The notes beneath the pieces are model-generated. The model saw only the letters and a list, made by a program, of their open reading frames with translations, was not told where the DNA came from and made no database searches. The translations under genes were made by a program, and so were the position numbers. This document shows, piece by piece, positions 49,629 to 60,311 of a DNA stretch of 64,000 nucleotides. Each line of letters begins with the position of its first letter. Position 1 is the first letter of the stretch. This DNA comes from Phoronis australis (lineage: Eukaryota; Animalia; Phoronida): assembly GCA_002633005.1 (NCBI GenBank), contig NMRA01000761.1, positions 88,130 through 152,129 of the forward strand, in the 5' to 3' direction.

Positions 49629-52600
49629 CTACTCCACTACTACAGATGTACTGGAGGACTGCAACAGGTGCATCGTGCTGTCTGCGGCCTTCCTCAGAAG
49701 GATGGGTAACTCGCCCGATTCGTGTTTCAGGTTAATCTCAAACTCTCCACCTATATATTTCTCATTTGCAAACAGTCTTGGCACCTGAAACAAGCAAAGC
49801 AGAAGTGACATCACCATCAGATATCAAAAATAATTTCATATCTTAAAAATATGATAATATTGAGACTAGTCGGCAGTGCTGAGCACTGCATTGCATGATG
49901 ACCTCCAATGCATTCGCAGCAAATTCACTCCTATACATAAAAACATTTACGAGTCTCACAACGTTAAGTCATCGTAAGAAATCGTCCGGAGTTGTCAATG
50001 GGGCAACTCCGGATGATCTGGGATCACATTATATTCGGAAAATCACATTTTATCGCCCGTGAAGCCGAAGGTTTGGTGATAAGAGCTGCCTGAAGAAACG
50101 TGACTTGCATTATCTTGATTTATGACCCACAACGTCAATTCCACGTTAATACCCACATCAAAAGCAGTATATACCTAGAGTTACCTTTTTATGTTAATAA
50201 TAATCAAATATCACAAGCAATGTGTTGGGCAGATTCAGCAGTGTGCGTGGTATAAGGACCAACAGATAGTCCACACGTGGCAACCTCTGTAGTTTCCTCA
50301 ATGTAGTCACAAAAGTCAATACTGCTTCAGACAAAGCACAACTAAGAGAGACCCTTTGTACAATTTCTGCAGACTGTCACTCAAAAACTACTCAAAGTTT
50401 CATAAGTGAAAGTTTGCATTCCAAACCACTGCATTATGAACTGTCAAAAATTCTCTCTACCCCACTCACAGTTGGTGACAGATCACTGCCAGATAAAGGC
50501 TCCTCATTGAAGCAAACACCATGTCTGCCGAGTATTTCATGTAAAACAAATAAGGTAAATGTGTACTTTTTCATATAATTTTCGATGAGCAAAATATGTG
50601 GAGAATAACCGTACATCATATTTTTTTCTGTCAGCGTACACTCGGTTTAAACTAGCAATAATCTACAATTACGCAATCACTGTACAAGACAGTATTCATT
50701 TCCACTAGAGGTAACGGGTATACTTTAACCCACAAACAGTCTATTTTAATGCATTTGTAGTTGTTAACATTTGACACTAAAACAGCTGCAGTGACACCTG
50801 GATTGAAAATGCGGAACATCCGTACATAAAACGGGACGTATGGATCTAGACAAAAACTCAAGATGAAATGTATTCAGCTTCTCACTTATTGGCTGGGTGT
50901 GCAACATGACGGACAATTACCAATGGCTCATCAGCAGGCAGCAGTTAGAAATGGCAGAAACCCAATTAAGTGTCACCCGATTCCAGCTCATGTCAAGAAT
51001 TGAGTCCCTTACTACAGGTATTCGAGAATGAGAAGCTAGTTCTAAAAGATCAACATGAACAGCATGCAGGTAAAACTCTCTAAAACCTCCCAACAGCAAA
51101 ATACTGATGCAGAATTCATGAGTGAACAGTCAAAACACCAGTGAAATGTCCTACAGCATGCGCATTTAGCGTCCCCGCTGTTCTGTAGTTGTAAGGTTTC
51201 TTGTTCAGTATTTTTATGTTTTTGAATAAACCCACCAGACGGCACTCAACATCAAAACACCCGCCACTTAATAAAACTCCGGCACTTATTCAAGACCTGA
51301 GACACTAATTTATCATTAAACATTTAACCATCAGTGCATATTTGAAACCAGTGCTGATTCAAGCTAGGCCTAACCATCCAGCTATGAATACTATCGGATG
51401 TTGTAGCTAGTTACCATGGTGTGTTGAGCTCTGTTAGGCCCCAGAATTTCATACAGCCTACATGTAGGTAGTTCTGCTTGTCACCTTGTTGTGAAATTTA
51501 AAGCAACAGGTAGACCAAAAAAACAACCAGGGTGCATGCAAAACCTGGTAGTCAACTGCCACTCACCTTGCCCATTACAGCCGTTTAAGTGAAAAACAAT
51601 CTTATAAACATTAATTTCTTGCATAATTCTATACCTTTTGTAACAATGAAAAGTCTTTTATCATCTCAGAAACAGTGAGCTTGTGACATGCGCATATGCC
51701 ATATCCATAACTTTTTGCAACATGACTCGGGAGATGATGGCAGCTTTGAAATTTGGTTTGCAGGTATTAAAATACTAAAAACTTAAAACGAAATGAAACT
51801 TGAGTTCTGATAACTTGTTGTGACATGTACGCAACCTCTTGGAAGAAGAACAGATGACTGAAGAATCGTCAAAAAGAAAATGGATAATAGGTGACGTTTT
51901 ATTTCATGGTGCCAAAAGCCGATGCATAGAATAACGATAGAACGCCAATTTTTAAACACCAGTACTAATTTGCCTCAAGGAAGAGTGTACTTTTTGATGA
52001 AACTAATCTTGTGTCAAGTTATATTTGGCCAGATTTTTGCCCATATCAGCACAAAGCCGCATATTTTTTTAGGCCATGACGTCATATCTCCTGGCATGAG
52101 CCGCGTAAAAATGGCCAGTTGCCGAATTGGACAACAAAACACAAGACCACTTGACAAAAAAATTAATTACGAAAGTATTTGCAAGCCAAGAATAGTACGA
52201 TGACACTTGGCTTACCTCAAACTCCCTGGTGGCCCAATTACAGTACACACCCAGCAGAATTAATGAGGAAAATATTATTGCAACATTAAATGCACGTTTT
52301 AGTTTGTAACAGTCACATTTTATTGTCAAAATTCAAAAACCTAATCATGTGTGCTTTTCACAAACTATTCAAATATGCATTTACCTACTTTCAAAACAAA
52401 AATTCAAAAATACTATTGTCGCCCCTAATGTGGTTATGATGCCGATTGTTTCATTATCTAAAGAATAATAATGTGCAGAATAACATCATCAGCTATATGG
52501 TGTCTTTGATCTGAACCAGACAATTCTGCAAACCGGTTAAGTTGCCCAATCTAAATTTTTCATGTGTCCGAGTTGGAAAGAATTAAAGACATCGGCGGCG

Positions 52601-53103
52601 TCTTTAGCCTTAGGACCCTATAGGTGTCCCTCTAATTTATGAGCAAGAAAGATACTTATAACAATGTGACTTTGATGGTTTAATCTGTGTGAGCATAGTA
52701 TGCCAAAAATCTTATGGCGTATGAAGGGCTTATGGAATGCCCACCGTCTCAACCGCTACTTGAGATGGTGCGCTGTCTAGGGCTCTAGGCCATGGACTAG
52801 CTGATGGAGTTTGGAGTGGGCCATGCGCATAACTTCCGAGACAAGACAATAAAGACATCATGGGTGATTACAAACCTCTCTCCTGTCAGACAGACATATT
52901 ATCTGGAAATAATTCTCAATTTGGGTCACATCCTGCCTGCTCTCGATATCGACAAACTCGTATTCTGGGTGATTTAGGAAGTCGTACTGTTCAAGCAAAG
53001 CTTTCACACGTCGGCAAGCTGGATCTCGAGCTTTAGAGAATAAAACGACTTTTCTCTGCTTCAGTTTTCTATCGACAAACAATTTAGCAGCAGCGCCGGC
53101 CAT
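49629..53103 (-). CDS. Glutaredoxin-fold protein, 127 aa, two exons (53103-52876, 49784-49629), atypical DPAC motif
   Basis: Exon 1 MAGAAAKLFVDRKLKQRKVVLFSKARDPACRRVKALL...EFVDIE...QIENYFQ...DRRE|gtttgt; exon 2 tttcag|VPRLFANEKYIGGEFE...ESGELPILL. Aligns by eye with Grx1 (KVVVFIKPTCPYCRR, EFVDI, TVPRVF, IGG, SGEL). Phase-0 intron. Confidence 0.9.
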
Positions 53104-53221
53104 CTCAGTGAATAATGGCTACTAATTCACTAGTCAAATCCGGTGAAAGGGTCTCGGAATTTGCACTTTTCTGACAGTTCTTGCAAAATCTCAAGAAATC
53201 CAGGCACCGGATGTTTTAATG

Positions 53222-53238
53222 GTTTCCATGTGACGTCA
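53222..53238 (-). promoter_or_regulatory. Overlapping CRE (TGACGTCA, 53231-53238) and X-box-like site (GTCACATGGAAAC on -) about 120-135 bp upstream of the glutaredoxin-like ATG
   Basis: Motifs read directly from the sequence; function is inferred from position only. Confidence 0.4.
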
Positions 53239-53330
53239 CCCGAAGAGACGCGTTTTACGCCTCCTACAAAAAAGAGTCAAACTATAGCGCCTCTCGCAGC
53301 GGCTGGTTCAAACAAACTTGACAAACAATT

Positions 53331-54597
53331 GAATGTGATTCCACTGAGGAAAAAATGCGTACTTGAGTAATGAACTCTACAATTGCCGGTGCGAGTGGCC
53401 TACTCCGGCCGTATAGGTGTGTTCTTGGCTTAGGCATTGATTTCAAAGTTTACTCATGACATGCCTCTTTTGACATCTTTGTTTTACAATCATCGATGCA
53501 GTATACCACACTAGTACCCGATTCGATGAATTCAGTGCCAGCCTGTACCGGCGACGAACAGGCCTAAGGCTACTACAACTGACGCGCCGGCTGCCGGCGA
53601 CACAAATGTACTGAGTGGCAGCTTTGCCAGTGAATTAGGGCATATTCGTCGCATGCACGTCGTATCAGATTCCATATCAAGGGTGAAAAGATTGGTTCAA
53701 AACGGCTTGCCTGGACTTCCTCAAAATCTGCTCACGGCCTGCAAAACCCCTGTAATGGCCGGCGTTGGCGAACTAAAAACGCCGATGTCCGNTGTTGGGC
53801 AGTTTCTAAGATACGTTTTCTTGCCGCCCTCAAAATGAGCGCTGTGCACACTTTATGCTACGAAGTCGGAAAGAATTCACGAAGTCGGCCTTTGCTACCA
53901 GCTCTTCCGATGTCTCTGACCCATGTTTAACGCAGTTCTTGATCCTTGGGAAACAGGTAGTAACTATTTTTTTTATTTCGCTAACTGGTATTATAGCATG
54001 CCAGGCACACAACACGTATAACCTCCCTGTGGCCGGTTCGCCCCCACGCTTGCCGACGTACTTGTTTACCAGATTAACCACAATGCAACATTCTGACCCA
54101 TTTCCAATATGGCGGCGTTGCAACTCCGCTAATGAATGTGATTCCACTGAGGAAAAAAATGCGTACTTGAGTAATGAACTCTACAATTGCCGGTGTGAGT
54201 GGCCTACTCCGGCCGTATAGGTGTGTTCTTGGCTTAGGCATTGATTTCAAAGTTTACTCATGACATGCCTCTTTTGACATCTTTGTTTTACAATCATCGA
54301 TGCAGTATACCACACTAGTACCGGCGATTCGATGAAATTCAGTGCCAGCCTGTACGGCGACGAACAGGCCTAAGGCTACTACAACTGACGCGCCGGCTGC
54401 CGGCGACACAAATGTACTGAGTGGCAGCTTTGCCAGTGAATTAGGACATATTCGTCGCATGCACGTCGTATCAGATTCCATATCAAGGGTGAAAAGATTG
54501 GTTCAAAACGGCTTGCCCGGACTTCCTCAAAATCTGCTCACGGCCTGCAAAACCCCTGTAATGGCCGGCGTTGGCGAACTAAAAACGCCGATGTCCG
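53331..54597 (+). repeat. About 460-bp direct duplication (53331-53791 and 54134-54597) across the N at 53792; probably allelic contig overlap
   Basis: Near-identical copies; the first ends exactly at the N. Confidence 0.8.
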
Positions 54598-55137
54598 ATA
54601 CCTCAAAACTCAGCCCCAGATGGCCGCACCCAAAGAAAAGGCTGGCCGGACCCAATGGAGTTCGGTTGGCCAGTACTTTTGAAGCACACTGGGCCGAACA
54701 AATCACCGGCCACTACATAGCACCTGCCATCGTGTTCTGGGTTCAACTTTTTTCCGGGTGAGGCCATCGGTGCCCCCCTGCATTCCCGCAGGGCTACGCG
54801 TAGACTTCTAACTCTATCGACCTCAAATGGAATTTCTGCTACTAGATACATGTATATTAAAATATATTAAAATATATATATAGCGGGAATTCCATTTCCC
54901 AGTCAAAAACACCGGGACCCGCCAACACCCGGGAGCAACTTAGGCTGGGCTAACTTTAGCTGGACAAGGTTAGTTTCCAGTACATAAACAGTTACAGTTT
55001 TCTCACATGCCAGTTACCAAAATACGCCTAATTCATTCACATATCGACTACGTGATTATCTCCATATTGCCTACAGTATGCGCGCACTCAGTGAATAGCT
55101 CCTCTTCTGTTTAAAGCGCTGCCTTCTTATACCTTTC

Positions 55138-55168
55138 AGTGGACTCAGTGACGGTCACTGAGTCCACT
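55138..55168. repeat. 31-bp palindrome AGTGGACTCAGTGAC-G-GTCACTGAGTCCACT
   Basis: Two perfect 15-bp inverted arms around one central base. Confidence 0.9.
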
Positions 55169-56786
55169 CGGACTGTAGGCTTGGGGTTGCGACACGGTCA
55201 CTTTCTCACCGACCGCAGGAGCACAGCACAGTGACAGTGAAAAGCATGGATAAATTCGGAATTCCCCAAACTGATTCTTGTTCATTCTACTCATTGTAAG
55301 TAGTCAGAATTCTGCTGTATCCAATCCCTGGTGCCATTGGCCCTCGGTTGACGATTAAGTACCATGTAATCAAATACCAATATTCTTCAACGCCGTTTTA
55401 ATGACATTTGCTGAACGTGACGAATTTAAGAAATGTTTGAACCCGTTAAAAAGCATCGTTGTCGTCAAAGATTTCAGAACCTTGTACTAGCGAAATCTTT
55501 GTTACAATGCAGGCACTGACTTAAAGCGACTCTAACCCGTTCTGGTCGAATAAGCTAACTGATACACTGTCATCACAGACTTTGGGTAATTAAAATGTTT
55601 CATCTTATTATTTACTCAAAAAAAGTGGTTTCTGGATTTGCAAGGACCCAACGCTTTGCTAGTTATCGGGACCGTGCTCGGCGAATAAAAGGATTATCTC
55701 AGTTCTAGAGCCGAAATCATATCTATTTTGAATAAGAAAATATTTGAGACCAATTTCATCACAATTAATTTTCTAAATCAAAGTTGGAGGGTGGGCTTAT
55801 CGCCGCTTAAAGGGAAAAACGAAGTTTAAGTACTGGGAAAGATCTATGACAATGCCAACACAGTTCAAATTTCAGTACTCAACGGTTACTAATAAAAAGA
55901 TTTCCTTACGCTTATCTTCGCATTTAAATTCTAGGTGTCTGTCAATAACCCTCCTCCGTTTACATTCGGAAGCAATTGTCCCCTCTGTGCTCCTCTCTCT
56001 ACACCACTGGACAAAACCCATATGATACCTCCGGTTCCCAGACTATCGAGTCATTTAAGTCCTGTCCAAGATTCGGTGTGGCAAAGGAGAGTGAGTGCTG
56101 AATCGATTTGTTTGCCAAAATGGTAGTACTGCAGTAGACTAGACAAAATAACCCGTGACGGCAGTGCCGAAGCCGAAATTATCTTCACAGTAGTTTTCCC
56201 TTACGGCCGAGAATGAAGGGAATAGTATAGTAAGTCATTTAGGAGTCTTATTTTGAGGCTCCTCGGTCAAAGGTCATCCATTTGAAAGGAAAACGTCACG
56301 TGGTATAACTGCGATCGGAAGGGACACCATCCGCCTACCGGACGGATGTGTCAATGACGTTACACCTCATGACGTAATAGATTTAATTGGTTAGAGAAAC
56401 AGCTCGATGCCCGTTTTGCGGCTCCTAGCAACGGATCGAGAATCGAAACAAAAGAGGGATGATAATAACAAAACGTGGATTACCTTAGTTCGTGTGCGCC
56501 GACTGTCGTGTATATTGTGTGTTCTGTCTCATCAAAAACAAAGGCGTATACAAAAGGGGATAACCACCCAACCCAACAACAGATGTCGCGTAAAGTCTAA
56601 CCCAGGCCCCGACGGTACTAAGCGAATCGTACTCGTAATAATAAGAAGCGACCAGCTAACACAGAACATAAAACATAGCTTTTAAACGTGTATTAATGAC
56701 AAACCAACACTACAAAAATCATACGAATATAAAATCATCAAAACGTTCAGAAAAGTAGTCTATAGCAAATTTATCAAAAGTCCGAA

Positions 56787-59700
56787 TTAAATGTTCAAAG
56801 GTCCAGTGGTGACGCCGTCGTCGAACACTTGTCGTTTGGGATGAAAAGTATGTGAACGCGCACCTCTCTTGTAGGTAGGTATAGTGTTGTCACCGCCTAA
56901 CCGGAATCCTTTGTTGAGGGCCGAGCTACTCTTTGTGGTCTGTAATAGTTTGAGGTACCTCGCCTTGTCGATTGCAATTCTTTGTCTTTGCACTCCTTAA
57001 CAGCTAAAATGGGATTGACCGTCGTCCGCCCCCACGTAATAGGTTTTAGAGCAAAGGGCGATGCAGTAGTCCCCTTCAAATTCCTTCAATAAGCCGGGTG
57101 TGCGCGTGTCGTAAGCTTCGTTTTCTTCCGTGTCCGTTCGCGGGAACCAAAGATGTTTTTCCCTCTCGAAAGCTGCTCGCATGTCTGGTTTTATTACGTC
57201 CTCAAGGCAGTTACCGGATATAGCCATGTACGCAGAGTCCGTGTCCATTTCGCAATATTCAAAGTCGGATCTGTCGACGAATCTTAACATGAAGTCGTAA
57301 TAAAACTCCAACATGCGCAATTTTGCGTACTGATACACGAAAAAGCCTATTTGAAGCGGTAGGTTCAGGCGGATGGTCTTCTTTTTCATCTCCAATTCGT
57401 AGGTTCCGTCCCCGATGTAGTTGACGTGTCTAAATTCCGGGAATTGGACTTCCCGTTGAGCCTTAGCCTCTCCGCAATACTTTACGTCACGATGTCTTTC
57501 TTGATTCGTGACCGTCTTACCATANAATAAAACTCCAACATGCGCAATTTTGCGTACTGATACACGAAAAAGCCTATTTGAAGCGGTAGGTTCAGGCGGG
57601 TGGTCTTCTTTTTCATCTCCAATTCGTAGGTTCCGTCCCCGATGTAGTTGACGTGTCTAAATTCCTGGAATTGGACTTCCCGTTGAGCCTTAGCCTCTCC
57701 GCAATACTTTACGTCACGATTCTTGATTCGTTACCGTCTTACCGTACGCGCTGTTCCCTATGAGTTTCATCGTCTGCGCCACGATTGCTTTGTTTTTATC
57801 TTTGTCCCCTTCCCGCCTAGCGTCGCTGACTTCCTCACCAAAACGCTCGAAGCATTTTACGGGAGCAAATTCGACCACTTGGTAGTATGTCCAGGCCGTG
57901 TTCCAAGTACCATTTCAGAAGCAGGGTCGCCAACAAAAGTTTTTTACCGAAGAAACTTCCTACCAGAGATCATCGTGGTCGGCTCATGATTTTGTTTTGC
58001 TCGGCATACTCCCGCATAAATTCTCCTAGGTCGTCTCTGGTGATGTCTACGTTCTTGAATATAGGCTGCATTTCTGAAAAGTGCTCTCTCAGATGACTCG
58101 GGACTTCGATGTCACACTCCACAACTCCGAACAGAGTACCGTCTAGAACGAACGATTTTATTTGTTCGCTCATTAAGCGGTAGCAACGTTCCGTGGACAA
58201 CTCTCGTCTTCTCAGAAAAGAACGTAGGATATGTCTTGAAGTTTCAAATCCTCAAATTGGCACTCCCAAATCTCTTCGTAATCAAAGCCTTGACATATTA
58301 TGTAATCCCTAATTTTTTTGGTGTTTTCCATAAGCTCACTCATGGCGACGTTTCGTGTTTCGTTCCTCGTCCTCGGAGTCCCGTCGTCGTTTTTCGTGAG
58401 ACGACAGTCGTGGCCGTGCCAGTAACATCCTTGGAATTGGAACACTTTGTGCGACTGACGACAGAAACCGTCCACTGGAATACGACGCTGACCCACCCTT
58501 TTTTCAACCCCGTTGAACTGATGTCGGATACTAATTCCTCGTTGCCACGCTACATAATCCAACCAAGCCGTTGCCTTTCGCGCCCTAGGGTGGGAAAATT
58601 CTCGTTGGAAATTATTTTCTTGCCTACGACGAATAAACGGTCCGGTCGGTTGCTCGTTCATTATGCTACGAAGGTAAAGTGCATTTACGTCGAAACACAG
58701 AATTTTTGACACCGTCTTTGGTATTTTTCCCGCTTTCTCCATCTCCCTCTGGCGTATACACGTCTTTCCCTTTTCGTGGTATCTGTGAAAAACAATACTA
58801 GGACCTCCGACGATATTTTGTTTAAAGGTATAGTACAAGTCTTTGTGGTTTTCCTCAAAGAGCGTAAAGAATACGTTACCGACATTTTTGAAGAGAATCT
58901 TCATCGTCAGTCCCGGTACGCTCATGCCATCTTTGAAGAGGTCGACGCCCTTTTCCCTGCAGAATGCCGCCATGGTATCGACGGTTTTCAGCATGGGTCC
59001 GGTGTCTTTGTTGTTGTACCATACCAAAAAAGTCTTTCAGACTCTTCATGTTGTTGTCTTTCCATGCCCTCTGACAGATGGCGTAATCGTCGTCGCTTAT
59101 CCCCTCCCCTTTCAAATTACTGTAATAAGCCGTTTGCGGTGGTAGAACCGTTTCCTCTAATTTACTCAAGTTGTCTACGTACTCGTAGGGAAAGAAACCT
59201 TTCTCTTCCGTCGTCTCGTACGCCTTCAAAAATTTTGCGTAGCTACAACCCGGGGCCAAGTAATTTACAATGTCAAGAAATTTAAGTTGGTCCGTTGTTA
59301 AGCACATAAAATTATTGTTGCGCTTAATAACGAACCTCAATTCTTGCATGGATAAAAGTATTGGAAAAATTGCTTCTTCATCGTATTCAGGTCATAATTT
59401 CCTGAATTGAAACCAACCGTCGGCAACTGTTTGAGGTAACGNCTTCATCGTATTCAGGTCATAATTTCCCGAATTGAAACCAACCGTCGGCATCTGTTTG
59501 AGGTAACGATCAAACTCGGCGGCCAGGTCTAGCAGGAAGTGACGAGGAGGTTTATTTTCGTTTTCCCCGTCTTCGTCAACGTCATCCACCTCGGTGTTGT
59601 CTCTCACATCCGCGCGAACCCTCTCTTCAATTTCTTCAAACACCCACGCAAACTTCTCTCTGAGTAGGCGGTATGCCTGGTCACTAACGACCACCAGATG

Positions 59701-60270
59701 TTCAATCATTTTTTTCACTACTTCTTTGGGGTCACCGTTGGAAACGAAACACTTTGGATCTTCAAAACCGTCGACGTTACTGGCCACAGAAACGCTCATG
59801 ATCTCGTGTTCTCTCTCCCAGGTTAGTTTAGGACCTCCGACTTTTTCCGTTGGTTTCATGAACGTCTCTATGTCAAACGCCGCCCTGTAGGGGTAGTACC
59901 GATCGCTTTCGGGAACGACGTATCCCTCTTCTTCCAGTTTCTCGAACACTGTGAGTGACGATGCGTACGCTTTATCAGGAAAAACGTGTCTCACGCTCTT
60001 ATCGCACGTTTGTTGGTGTCTGGAGACATTCCAAGCGGAATTCCAAAAAGAACCACAGAGATTACATTGGTAAGACCTACAATACTTTTTGATGTCGTGA
60101 ATGTACGAAAAGTGGTCTTCGTACAAGTTTAGAAAAAGCTCGTCGTCAAATTGGCGATGGGGTCGACAAAGCAAGCGAGCCGTGACACCGTCTTCGGATT
60201 CTTCCAACTCGTACACGCAAATTCTAATTTGGAATACGTTTTGCATTTCCGGAATATCGTCCAGTAATAC
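56787..60270 (-). pseudogene. Polinton/Maverick (adintovirus-like) protein-primed DNA polymerase B, near full length, 5'-truncated, frameshifted
   Basis: ORF pieces 60246-59392, 59349-58876, 59027-58212, 58200-57970, 57395-56997 and 56993-56787 give in order: LNLYEDHFSYI, C2H2-like finger, ExoI AFDIET, ExoII GFNSGNYDL, KGFFPYEY, ExoIII YNNKD, motif A FDVNALY, Vsr insert, motif B KLIGNSAYGK, motif C DTDS and SKTYY. Several 1-nt indels and two N joins (57525, 59442). Confidence 0.92.
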
Positions 60271-60311
60271 GGTAACGTATTCTTTACGCTCTTGAGGAAA
60301 ACCACAAAGAC

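Noticed and set aside
57298-57742. About 225-bp tandem duplication inside the minus polB copy
   Set aside because: Centred on the N at 57525; treated as an assembly overlap rather than a biological duplication.
59376-59508. About 66-bp duplication that breaks the polB frame
   Set aside because: Centred on the N at 59442; assembly overlap. Some other 1-nt frameshifts in homopolymers may also be sequencing errors, so programmed frameshifting is not claimed.
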